The position numbers and the translations under genes are program-made. From contig NC_090404.1 of NCBI RefSeq assembly GCF_036365525.1, positions 6,944,001 through 7,008,000 on the forward strand: a DNA stretch of 64,000 bases, read 5' to 3'. Under the pieces are notes generated by a model. It was not told the origin of the DNA, ran no database searches, and saw nothing but the letters and a program-made list of their open reading frames with translations. The stretch comes from Heterodontus francisci (lineage: Eukaryota). Every line of letters starts with the position of its first letter. The stretch's first letter is position 1. Positions 12,560-25,385 of the stretch are shown piece by piece.

Positions 12560-12687
12560 NNNNNNNNNNNNNNNNNNNNNNNNNNNNNNNNNNNNNNNNN
12601 NNNNNNNNNNNNNNNNNNNNNNNNNNNNNNNNNNNNNNNNNNNNNNNNNNNNNNNNNNNNNNNNNNNNNNNNNNNNNNNNNNNNNNN
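12560..12687. other. Assembly gap (128 N)
   Basis: Run of N. Both flanks are collinear with the paralogous region ~53030-53107. Confidence 0.99.
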
Positions 12688-14859
12688 GAGAGGATGCATT
12701 CTGAAATAGATAAATATGCTTGTTTATGTGGATGGAGGGACAGCTGCAGTGATGTAGGAATGGATGGATAGTTGGATGTCTGATTGTTATGTTTAAAGGG
12801 CCGATGAACAGATTGGACATATGGATAGATGGGCAGGAAATATACTGTTCTACATTCACATCTTTGTGATCGACTGCTCCTGACATGAAGCAGCCCGTTT
12901 CCTACATTTGCGTCACTCTGAAGCCTCAGTCCTTCCCGATTTTCTGGTTCATTTCTACCTCGAGGGTACCCAGAACTAATAAGATCAATTCACGAAGAGA
13001 ATTCTAGAGATGTCACTGCGGGACTGATGATCCTTCTCTGCTGCTGGTAAATTTTCGTCTCAAACATATAAAGGGAGAATATGGCTGTGTTCAGAGGAGA
13101 CGATTGTAATATTTCTGAACATGTGGTCCTTTCATGTACAACTAAGCTCTCAATATATCCTCACCCGAATTACTTCAGTCAAAGCAGAAATATAGCAAAC
13201 CATTGGACACAATGTTTTCCACTTCCCAACGTAAACACTTATTTCTCTGAGACTGTTCCAGTCATACCATTCTAAACAGCACGGATCCAAAGGTATATGA
13301 ATTGTAACGTTCTTTACCGCCATATATTCATTGTAAGTCATTGCCACAGTAAAATATATCCTGTGGGTATTACACACTGTGGTCACAATTTCAAATGTCC
13401 TTAAATCCTTTAACAACACTCCCCAGAGCCTCTCTATTCAGTCTATGAATACACTAAATGAACTGTTCACGAGTTCAGTATTTCAGTGTGATTTACTCAG
13501 GTTGATGATAGAGGGTCACTGTGATAAGAAACTAAGAAATAGGAACAGGAGTCGGCCATTCAGCCCTTCGAGCCTGGTCCGCCATTCAAGAAGATCAGAA
13601 GATCATATGGTTGTGGCCTTAACTCCACTTTCCTGCCTGTCCCCCATAACTCTTGTCTCCCTCCAACACTATGAGAACAGAAGAATTAGGCGCAGGATGG
13701 AGACATGTGGTTGGAATGGACATGATATATCAACCGGACAGAGCTGAGTCGGTGATGTTGGTGATTTCAATCACAGTTTTGAGGATAATTCTCAGGCCAG
13801 TGCTCGACAGCATGAGGTTAATGCAGAATCCTGCTTCTCAACCGGTTGCACATCTGTTTTAGGCTTGTTTAGTGTCAGGAGAACTGCAGTATGGATATAA
13901 AGCGTCCAATAAGATACCAGTGTGGAAATATTCAGTAATTAGCTTTCCCCACAAATTTCTGCTCCGAATTTATACCTTGACACCCTTTCTGAATGCTCTA
14001 AGTCCCTGCAAAATGTATTGTTCATGATGAGGTATAATTGGTGATATGTATTTAGGGGAATGGCGCCGACTTTATCATTCTTGATTGACTCCTCCCCCTT
14101 GTGGAAGAGGCTGTCTCCCACAATATAAAATTATTAATCTGGTTTGAGAACAGTTCCCATTCCCGCTACCAGGAGTAACAAACTGTCTCTGCGCCAACTG
14201 ACAGAAACAGATCGACGGAGAGACATTTCTAGATCAATCGATATTTCCCTCTTGTACAAGGAGGAGGGGTCAATCGGATTTAAGATTCAAAACAAATGAT
14301 ATTTCTCAATATTTCTGTTCTTCATCGAGTTTCCCAAACATGAGATGTTTCTCAATCCATTGATGCTTCCAACCTATTGATAGATCCACAACCATGAATT
14401 TTCTCAAACAATTGATAGTTTGCAACCAACTGATGTCTCTCCATCAATGAATCCCAATTCTTTCACCACTCTCAATCGATTGATGTATCTCAATCTATTA
14501 ATGATCACCAAATATTTAACGATTCTCAGTCCACTGAAGTTTCCTTTGTAGAAAATGGCCGACTTTGTCCACATAGCCTTTGAATTTTTGTGAAGTTCTG
14601 GATTACCTACTAAATGATTGATTGATACAGTACAATTCCAGAATGGCAGAGCTTTTCTGGTGTTGGATTCAAGGTCACACCCACAGTCAGTGTCTGTACT
14701 ACCGGTCATACAGTACATAACGGGGGGATACCTGAGAGGTCTGGACTCAGTCTGATTTAACACTGTATCGAGATCAAAAGTTCAACTGTTGAATGCCTGG
14801 AGTTCTATTTCCCTATTCCACCCTGATCTATATTTTAATTAGCATCGACACTTGATCAT

Positions 14860-15345
14860 CAGCCATAGATCAGTTGGTAGCACCTTGCCCTCTCAGGTTT
14901 CAGTTTCCAGCCCTACTCCAGGACGTGAACACAAAAATGACACTGACTCTCCAGTCGAGTGCTGCACTGTCAGAGATACCATTTTAAGGATGGGACATGA
15001 AACCGAGGCGCTGTCTGCCCTCTCAGGTGTAAAAGATCCCATGGCACTATTTCGAACTAGTGCAATGGAGTTATCCCCGGTGTCCTGATCAATATTTATC
15101 CCACAACCAACATCACAAAAACAGATTATCTGGTCATTATCGCATTGCTATTTGTGGAGGGGCCGAATGGCCTACTCCTGCTCCTAATTCGTGTGCTCGT
15201 ATGTTTGTTGTGTGAAATTGGCCACTGTACTTCCTACATTACAGAAGTGACGACACTTCACAAGTAGTTCATTGACTGCAAAGCTTTTGAGACGTCCTGT
15301 GGTCGTGAAAGGCGCTATATAAATGCAACGTCTTTCTTTTGTTCT
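14860..15345 (+). mobile_element. DeuSINE (SacSINE1-like), shared with the paralog at ~50095-50595
   Basis: Deu-domain-like GTGCTGCACTGTC...AAACCGAGG...AAAGATCCCATGGCACT; tail GGCGCTATATAAATGCA. Confidence 0.7.
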
Positions 15346-15649
15346 TTTTATTAACAACAGATGTTAAAAAAGGAGTGTTGGATTGAGCCAGGAACTCATA
15401 CACTCCTAGAATGATAAAGCTAAGAAGGAGGCCATTCAGCCTTTTAGGCCTGTGCCAACTCTTTGATAAATCGATCCAATTATTCCAATACCCACTGCTA
15501 CTTCCACAGAGTGGTGCAACTCTTTTTCAATTGGAAATATTTATTAAATTTCCTTTTAAAAGTTATTATTCAATCTGCTTCCACCATGCTTTCAGGCAGT
15601 GCATTCCAAATCATAACAATTCCCTCTTTCATTTATATTCCCCCTTATA

Positions 15650-16870
15650 TCGCCTACAGTCAGAGAGTTACTTACGGCACAGAACGAGGCCATCGGCCCA
15701 TTGAGTCCACAGAGCTATTCAATTAGCCCCATTCCCCCACGCACCCTCATAGCCCTGCAAGTCTATTTACTTCAAGTGGTCATCCAATTCCATTTTGAAG
15801 TCATTTCTATTCTTCGCTTCCACTACCCTTGTGGGCAGCGAGATCCAGATCATTCCCACCCACTGCACAAAAAGTGCTTCCTCATATTCCCCCTGCATCA
15901 CTTACCCAAACCTTCAATCTGTGTCCCCTAGTCCTTGTACCATTAGTTAATGTGAACGGTTTTTCCTTCTCTAATTTACCTAAGTCTTTCATAATCTAGT
16001 ACATTTCTGTCAAATTTCCCCCCAATCTCCTTTCTTCTAAGGAGAATAACCCCAGTTTCTCCAACCGAACCTTGTAACTAAAATCCTCCATCCCTGGAAC
16101 CATTCTGATAAATTTCTCTCAAGGACCTTCACATCCTTCCAAAGGTATGGTGATCAGAACTGGATGCAATACCCCAGTTGTGGCCTAACCAGAGCTTTAT
16201 GGAAGTTTAGCATAACTTCCCTGCTTATGTTCTCAATGCCTCTGCTTATGAAGCCCAAGATCAAATATGCTTTACTAAGAACACACTCAATATGTCCTGC
16301 CACCTTCAAAGATCGATGCACATGCACTCCAAAGTCCCTCTGTTCCAGCACAATCTTTAGAATTGTGCCATTAAGTACATATTGCCTCTCCCTATTCCTT
16401 CTGCCAAAATACATCACCACGTGCTTGTATTAAATTCCATCTCCCACTTATCTGCTCTCTCTGCTCGCCTATCTAAGTCCTGTTTATATCATCCTCACTG
16501 TTTTCCAGGCCTGAAGATTTGGTGTCATCAGCAAGTTTTGAGATTCTACTCCATTTCCACTTGAATCTGTGTCCTCTGGTTATCAACCCTTCTACCACTG
16601 GATATATTTTCAGTTTATTTATTCTATCCAGCCTCTTCATGATTTTGAATGTCTCTATGACATCCCCTTTTAACATTCTCTGCTTTCAGCAGAACAATCT
16701 CAGCTTCTGCAGCCTCTTCATGTAACTGAAATCTTTCACCCAAAGTATCATTTTCGAAAATCTTTCTGGACCCTCTTCAATGCCTCGATGTCCTTCTGAA
16801 AATTTGACGCCCCGAAATGGGCACAATACTCCAGCTGGGGCCGACTGGTGTTTTGTAAAAGTTTATCCTA
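15650..16870 (-). mobile_element. Composite CR1-type LINE fragments (paralog ~48480-49780)
   Basis: LADDTK, MYFGRRN, KALVRPQL motifs on the minus strand. Confidence 0.85.
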
Positions 16871-17649
16871 ATCCTTATTTTTCTATTGGAGTAGTCTATG
16901 GTCTAGTGCAATGAGAACTGAGACAAAAGCTAAGTTAATATCAACAGATACATGGCACGGTGTACTAATAGCTGAGACAGGATCCAGTGTAATATAAATT
17001 GACACATTATGCAATGAAATACTAAAAGATACATTATCTAGGGTAATGTAGACGGAGATGTGACGTCGTATCCTATAAACAGCGAAATCATCTTGTGCAA
17101 TAAATTTAGAGCCTTGGTCAAATTTATTAAATGATCTGAAATTACGTTTTGAATAGAAGGAAATAAAATGCTAAAACATAATTTGTGAAGATAATCATCT
17201 ATCTTTGTCGAATCCACACACACGCACATACACGCATGTGCAGTTATATGTGTGTTTGTGTGTGCTCGATTCGGTTTCGGTTATTCCGATGTCGCGGCTG
17301 AGAGCTATATAATTCAGTGGATTTTAGGACCCTGCGGCAGTCCAAACGGCTGTGCGGTGTCACAGTTCCAGACTCTGTCTGATGCAGTCAGTTAGTTCGA
17401 GGAAGGCTAAATAGAAAAGCCTACAGGAAAAACATCCTTGAACAAGAAAAAGAAACCGTGAGCAATTATCACAGTACAACACGAATACGAATTAGTAAAA
17501 TTTATCACAACAGTTTGTCACTGCGTAGTAAAAAAAAAGACATGCTCTGTTGCTCACTGTTAGTTCTGTCCTTCAATTCCAGTTTATCTCTGAAAGATTG
17601 TTACATTACTCCAGCTGAGGCTTACCAGTGTTTTGCAAAAGGTTAGCAT

Positions 17650-18490
17650 AATGATTATTTTTCTACTGGAATGGACTATGGCCGAGTGCAATGAGAACTG
17701 AGGCGCAGATTACTGCAATATAGACAGATACATGGTCCTGTCGTGCACATTACATTGCACTAAACCCTGTTTACATTACATCACACTCGGCCCTATTTCT
17801 TGTCTCCGTTTTCAATGCAGAAAAGTGTGCCTCATAGTATAATATACAAGATTCTGCCTCAGTTATTACTGTACTAGACCATCTCTCTCTCTTATATTTC
17901 CCTACCTCCTCCCTCAGTTATTAACCATGTTTCTATTTCCATTGCACTGGACCCTAACTCAGTTATCATTTGACTAAATAAATTCTCTGCTGGTATTTCA
18001 CTAGACCCTTCCTCTGTTTGTGTTGCACTAGACCCTGTGTCATTTATTACTCCATTGGACCATGTCCCTGTTTACATTACACTAGAAATTATCTCAGTTG
18101 GCACTGCTTTAGAAATCTCTTTGTTTATATTGCACATGACTCATTCTAGATTATTACGACACGAGACCATGCATCTGCTCAGATTACACTAAGCTGTGTC
18201 TCAGTTATTTCTGCTCTGGACCATATCTCTGTTTAGATTATACTAGGCCTGCTCCATCTTACTACATTAGACCATGTGCAATTATTAGTGCAGGAGACTA
18301 TTTATCTGTTTATAATACATTATGCTATTCTCAGTTATAATAGCACTAACTCATGTCCCACCTATATTGCACTAGACCATGTTGTATTTTTATATTATGC
18401 TAGGCCATGCGTTAGTTACTACTGCACGATTATACCACACTAAACCATGTCACTTCTTCTCGTAGGTTAGCTTGCGTCTCAGTTATTAAT
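17650..18490 (+). repeat. Degenerate 27-bp satellite block
   Basis: Repeats of ACTAGACC(C/A)TGTCTC(T/A)GTT(T)AT(A)TTAC. Confidence 0.75.
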
Positions 18491-19208
18491 GAATTGAACC
18501 GTAAATATATTGGAGGACGGCGAGGAGTAGATAGTGAAGGTAACAGGCTAAAAGGGAAGTTTGTGGAAACAGAAATGGTGTTGAATTCACTGAAAAGCAG
18601 CAACCGTTTTATTCCTTTGCAAAAGAGGGAAATAATAAATCAGTCATTTACAGATTTTCACATCAGGTACAGGCAGTTTCATTTTTACCATCACTTGCAT
18701 AAATCATCACACACTCGAGGTATATACCAGCAGCTACTGTGTGATGGTGAGGTGATCACTTAACAGAGACAGGTGGGTCGCTGCTTATTTCCCTCGATCT
18801 GCAATTACATTTTGAATTTAATAAATGCAAAAAGAAAGATCAGTGAAGCTAATTATTTCTATTTGTGGAATTGAAAGCAATATGATGTGTTTTGTTCACA
18901 TACACAAACACATAAATAAGTAAACACTTGCAGGTTATTTTGCTGGAAGTGTGAAGCCAGGGGCTCAATGGGCACTGTGCTAATGAAACACCCTGTTTGA
19001 ATGTCTGCATTTAGCACACAATTTTGATCCTAATTGATAATTACCACAATTGTATTTGCCTTAAAGGTGCTAAACCAGAGACCTGCAGATTTAGCTCTCA
19101 AGTGCTGATTAACCACAATTTTCTTGAAACAGTCTATGTGGGTTCCATGAACCCACTTCTAGTACAAGTGTTGGGTGGCCTGGCTGACACACAGTGACAT
19201 GTTTACGG

Positions 19209-19320
19209 ATGGCTCAGGAGCCAACTGAGAGTGTGCACAGATTCTCAGATACAGCATTGTAGGTCCTGGTGAAGGAGATCCTGGGGAGGCAGGATATCCT
19301 GTACCGCAATGGGGCAGGAC
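19209..19320 (+). mobile_element. Possible PIF/Harbinger Myb/SANT-like ORF remnant
   Basis: MAQEPTESVHRFSDTAL*VLVKEILGRQDILY resembles the RFSxxxLxxLVxxV..LF start of Harbinger Myb-like proteins; judged by eye only. Confidence 0.4.
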
Positions 19321-20479
19321 ACCACCTCATTCAACTGTCTCACTATCCTGCAGCAACTGGGGCTGCTCTGCCTGGCCTCATGTCCTCCCGTCCATTCAGC
19401 CAACCAGCAAGGTGCCAATGATCAAGTACTTCTTTTCTCCCGTTGACTTCGATAAGGTTAAGTCGCACAGCTCTTACACTTCTTGAGTGAGGCCTTCAGA
19501 GAATTTCCAAGAATAAATTTTGATAGGGTGTTGGAAAAGTCGGAAAAGTGTCCCAGAATTTCTCCGGATGGGTTTCAAAAGTCCGCTTCAAACTTCCAGC
19601 AACCAATGGACAATAAAAGGTGATGTACCTTTAAGTAGCACAGAATACCTCTGCAGCAACGTTTTACTCTCAATCAGCTGGTTGTTGTTTAGAGAGAGGG
19701 TTGGCCAAGTGCTAGTTACCAAAATGGTGTGCAGCCGATTTAATAAGCGTTAACAGAAGATTTTCAGTAACAATCAGCTGCAGACTGATCCTCCGTCTCC
19801 TAGTCCAAATGTCAACTCTTTTACCAAGACATTATCTTCCATTAAACTCAGGCTAAATCAATGTTTCAGCTAGAGATCCCACCTTGGCTCCATTGGAGGC
19901 TACATCGCACTTAAAGTATCAGGGACGTCCCCCCTCTACCATCCTCCCCCGACAATGTCTTTCAGGTGACATCATGAAACAATAGTCTCGCCTCTCCCTC
20001 TTCTCTGTTGATGTGGCTATTAAAGTTCCCATAGTTCCCACACTGTGTCCTGATCAACATTCCTCCCTTCAACCATGGTTTGACATCCTTCCATCTACAT
20101 GCAGCAAACCATTTATTAAGGTGGTGTGTCTTCTCTTGGTGTGCCTTTGCTGAGGGCTGTGAAGGCCAATCATTGAGGGGCAGCTGCTGCCACAAGTGCC
20201 ACAACTTAATCAACCAAAATCAATGAAAATACATTGACAGATGTTCAGTCACTTTGCTCTATTATTGATGTTTCTGGGCACAAATCGGCCACGTTCATCT
20301 GGAAATAGTTGCACCACACATTTTGGGACCTCTGAGAGAAGGTGATGATCTTGTACATCAATGCTAGTTGTTTCTTGGTGTATTACGACCAGAAACAGTA
20401 ACTGACATCGACATTTTCACAATAGGAGTAATGGCCAAATACAACCACCAGGTGTCAGTGAAAGCCCGATTGTTGACAT

Positions 20480-22705
20480 TACATGAAACAGGTGCTGCCT
20501 CAGTTATTACTGCACTGAACCCTGTATCTGTTTCTATTAGACTAGACTCGGTCTCAGTTTATATGAAGCTAGAGCCGGCTTCAGTCAATATTACACTAGC
20601 TGTTGTCCCTGTTTATATTACACTAGGTCATTGTCCTATTTGTATGCCGACAAACGTTGTCTCTGATCAAATAAAAAACAGCCCATGCCTCAGTTATTTC
20701 TATATTGGCCCAAACTCAAGTGTTAATATGCTGGACCATGTTTCTGCTTGTATCACACAATACCCTGTCTAGGTTATTACTGCACTAGACCACGTTTCTG
20801 TTTATATCACACAATGCCCTGTCTCTGTACTGTAATTAACCATCTCTCTGTTACGACTACATGTTACCCTGTCGCACCTATTGCTGCACTGTCCATGTCT
20901 CAGCTCATAGAAATCGAGGTCTTGTATCAGTAATTACTGCACTAGGGTCTGTATCAGTTTATAATACACAATTATCTCCATCAGTTAAAACTGCACTGGA
21001 CCTTGTCTCAGGTTTTCTTATACTAGATGCTGTTTCACTTTATACGACACTATACAATGTCCCTGTTCACATGACACAAGACTCTGTCTGAATTTTTACT
21101 GCACTCGACTCATTTTTTCTTATGCTAGATCATGCATCTGTTTGAATTACACTAGACCATGTCTGTTAATACTACACGGGACCCAATATTAGTTTTTACT
21201 GCTCTAGGCCCTGTCTCAGTAATTACTGAACCAGACCCAGTGTTGGTTTATATTACTATAGGTCCTGCATCAATAATTGGTGCACTAGGCCCTCTCTCAG
21301 TATTCCTGCACAAGACCCTGTCCCTGATCATATTGCATCAGTTATTAGTTATCAGTTATTAGTTATCAGTTATTAGTTATCAGTTATTCTCTCGGTTGCT
21401 ACTGCCCTGCACCCTGTCTCAGCTGTTACTACAAAGGACCATGTCTCCGTTTATATTAAAGTCGGCAAAGTCTCTGTTATTACTGCACCAAACCCTGTGT
21501 CTGTTTATACCACACTAAACCCAGTCTTAATTAACGATGGACTCGTCCATGTCTCCATCTATATTACACTGGACCATGCCCCTGTTATCACTCTACGGGA
21601 ACATGTCTCTGTTCGCATTCAACTAAATCCTCTCATTTCGTTAATATTGTGGTTATTTTATGCTAGGATCTCTCTCTTTCTCGATCTCTCTCTCTGTTGA
21701 TATTACACTAGATCCCCTCGCTGTTTATATTAATGTTGACCCTGTCTCTCTTCATATTACGCTGGGCCCCTTCTCTGTTTGAATGACACTATATGTAGTT
21801 TGTGTTCATATCACACAAGGCCCAGTCTCTGTTTATATTGCACCAGGCTCTTGCTCTGTTCATATGATATTAGGCTTCTCTGTTTATAGTCTATTAGACC
21901 ATGTCCCTGTGATTACTCCACTGAAACATGTCCCTTTATATTAAACTAGGTCTCTCTCTTCATTAATATTCTCCTAGACCCTGTCTCTGTTAATATTGCA
22001 CTGGACCCTCTCCGTTTATATTACATTAGATCCCGAAATCGTGCCTCAGTTTATATTACACTAGACCTGCGTCAGTTGTCACTGGATTTCGTCATGTCTC
22101 TGTTTATATTACACTAGACCCGATCTCTGTTCTTACTGCAATAGGCCCTATCTCTGTTCTTTTACACTAGATCCTGTCTCTGTTTATATTGCACTATATC
22201 CTATTACAGTTCTGAATGCAGTGTGTCCTGTCTCAGTTTATATTACACTAAGCCCTGTCTCAGTTCATATTGCATTCGACCCTGTCTCAATTATCATTGG
22301 ACTTCGCCTTATCTCTGTTCATATTGCTCTGGATCCTGTCTCTGTTTCTATTACACTAGGCACTGCCTCTGTTCATATTTAACAAGATCATGTCTCAATT
22401 TATATTACACTAGACTCTGCCTCTGTTTGTATTAAACTACACCCAGTCTCTGTTTAAATAACACGACACACTGTCACATTTTACGTTACACTCGACCATG
22501 TCTCAGTTATCAGTGTCACCATGTCTCTGTTTATATTACGCTAGACTCTGTCTCTGTACTTACTGCACTGGGCCCTGTCTCTGTTTATTTTGCACTCGAC
22601 CCTGTCTCTGTTCATATTAAACTAGACCCTGTCTCTGTTTATATTACACTAGACCCTGTCTGTATTTATGTTACACTAGATCCTGTCCAGGTTATCACTT
22701 CATGA
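20480..22705 (+). repeat. 27-bp satellite array (ACTAGACCCTGTCTCTGTTTATATTAC)
   Basis: Period visible directly, e.g. at 22621-22680. Contains a nested 14-bp repeat (ATCAGTTATTAGTT)x3.7 at 21337-21388. Confidence 0.88.
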
Positions 22706-23569
22706 GGCCATGTCTCTATGAGATGAAAAAACATTATTATCAATAATGATGTTGGATTGGAAATTGGTCTCGGGTGACAGCCCAACACAGTCGTTATGGG
22801 TTTGGCCACCCGTTCCACGCAGCGCCTGATACTTAGTTTCACGACAGTCAACGGAATTAAATATCAGGTGCTGCCTACACCGGGCAGTCAATCCGATACT
22901 GTCCTTTCTGTGCCACTGACTGGGACCAATTCCTACCTCATATATTTGTCTGTGTGGGAGAGTGCAATCCTTTTCTGTCTGAATGAATATGTTTATTCTT
23001 GTTAATAGGAATCAGCAGCTATGTGCAATTGCGAATTGCTCCAGTATTATGTGGGTAATATTTGTGTTAAAAGGATAGGATGAGTCTTGCACCGATTTCC
23101 CAGAAATGTACTGGCGTTGAAGGACAGGACTAAAGGTGAACATAGTGCACTGCACTTCACACGACACAGTGACAAACTCTGTTGTCTTGAAGTTTGCTAA
23201 TTCACTCTTGTGTTGTACTGTGAAAATGCTCAGTTTTTAATGTTCAGGATTTTTTGGCCCTGCAGGATTTTCAATTTAGCTTTCACCTGACCGAGTGATT
23301 ATGTCAGAAACAGCTTGGAACAGTGATCTCGCAGTACCGGCTGATGGGCTGCCGCAGAGTCCTAATGCCCACGAGAAATTTCTCACCTGATCAATAGCAA
23401 AAGTGAAATGGGAATACACAATGTGTTATATACACGAGTGTGTGTGTGTGCAAAATAAATCATCCTTAATTACAAGACCGTTCCACAAAGACATGTGCGT
23501 ATTTCACAGGACTTTTTCTGCATTTTATTTTCTTTTATTCAAACTGTAATTGCAGATTGCTTAATACCG

Positions 23570-24800
23570 TGGAATGTAAACAGAGATATGGGCTAGTGCA
23601 GTAATAACAGAGAGACAGGACCTAACGTGAAACTAGAAGAAACATGTCTTTCTGCAATAATAGTTGAAACAATACTTTGTACAGTAATAACTGTAAGTGG
23701 TCATGGTGTAACATGAGCAGAAGCAGGGTCAACTTTAACAATAGCAGAAACAGGTTCCTATTGAAAACTGACAGGGACAAGGTTTACAGTAATAATAATG
23801 GAAGCGGGCACTAGAATTCGAATAACAGCAGTTTTTTTTTCAAATAATAACAGTGACAAAGTTATAAGTGTAACAATTACAGTGACAGTGACTAATGCAA
23901 TAAGAGTGGAGACAGGGTCCAGAAGAAGACGTGGCTTAACTTGAGTATAACAAAGACAGTGTTTGATGCAATAATAACACAGGCAGGCTGCAGTGTATTA
24001 CTGAGCACATCACGGGATCCAGTGTGATGATAACACAGTCGTTATCCAGTGCACCAAATCGAAAGTTCGGGTCTCATCTCATAGTGCGCGTGAGTCAGAA
24101 CCTATTGAAATAATCGTAAATGCTTTGCCTAATAACAGAGTCAAGGACCACTGGAGTATGAATGAGATAGGATTAGTGTCATGACACAGGCACTGTTCTG
24201 TGTAATGGCAGCTGGGAACAGATTATGTCATCATTGTCGAATTGGTCGCCCACTCACTCCTAAATCTGAAGCTTGTGTTTTCAAGCCCCACTCCAGAGAC
24301 TCAACTATATAATCTAGGCCGATGCTCCCAGTGTTAGTATAAATGCAAGTCTTTCTGTTCTTTTGCCCACTATTTTCTTTGACTCAGAAGGAGCGAGGGG
24401 AATGGCAGACAGAGCTATTCTGCACAGTTTCTCCACCCAGCGAAGCAGGGGTTCCCAAAACATCATTGCACGTTTGACGTGCTGCCCACTCCCCCCAAAA
24501 GATATCATCACCCTTGTTTTTGTGAAGGGACTTACGACTGCAGGCCCGGGACAGACTGGGACCTGGTATAATAATAATCACAGAGGCTGGCTCCAGGGTA
24601 TCGATAACAGAGGTTGCTTTTACTGCAGGTGTTTTTACACTGAGGGAAGCATGTGCCGAATAGACACTCGACTGCAATAGGAAGAAAAGGTGCAGGGAAG
24701 CAATGATGTTTAGAGCCTAGTGCAGGCTTCTGTGTGATGGTGAGTGAAGCAGGGAGTTGTGTGATAAAATAGCAGTGGAAATATATTGACAGAGGCACTT
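23570..24800 (-). repeat. Highly degenerate 27-bp satellite in reverse orientation, interrupted by a partial DeuSINE (~24240-24360)
   Basis: GTAATAACAGAGA..CAGGG.CTAGTG-type units. Confidence 0.55.
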
Positions 24801-24954
24801 GTGACCGACACCACCTGACTAAGAGCTGATACACAAAAGGCTTTGACCATGAGGACATGACGGACTGCAGAGATTTCAGCTATCTGAGGTGACAATTATG
24901 CCTCTCTCAGAGGAACCAAAAATAATCTGTTCCTTCTCATCCTTCTGCACCTGT

Positions 24955-25385
24955 GAGCTGTGCCTCCGTTGGTAACCCTCTCACCTCCAAGTCACAATTT
25001 TCCGGGTTCCAGACCCACTCCAGGGCTTAAGCAAAAAAATCACGACTGGCACTGTAGCGCAGCAGTGAGGGGATGTTGCACTGCCAGAGGCCCCGTCTTT
25101 CAGATGGGATGTTAAACCAAGGCCCTGTCTGCTTGCTCGGGTGGATATACAAACTCCCAAGGAGCTATTTAGAAGAAGAACAAGGGAGTTATCCCTGGTG
25201 GCCTGGCCAATATTTATCCCTCAGTCAAGATCACAAAAACATATCACATTGCTGTTTGCAAATTGGCTGCTGAGTTTCCTCCATTACAATAGTGACTACA
25301 CTTCAAAAATACTTCATTGGCTGTAAAGCATTTTGAGACATCTGGTGAAAGGCACTATATAAATGCAAGTCTTTCTCTTTTTCTT
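24955..25385 (+). mobile_element. DeuSINE (SacSINE1-like)
   Basis: TGCACTGCCAGAGGCCCCGTCTTTCAGATGGGATGTTAAACC; tail GGCACTATATAAATGCAAGTCTTT. Confidence 0.72.

Larger units (their letters stand above)
1..17090 (-). repeat. Left arm of inverted segmental duplication (homolog of ~47304-62195)
   Basis: Reverse-complement similarity runs through the introns and ~6 kb of upstream DNA, including shared old SINE and CR1 insertions. Confidence 0.88.

Noticed and set aside
20368-22435. Repetitive ORFs in the satellite
   Set aside because: The 27-bp period keeps frames open by default; frequent stops and no gene structure.
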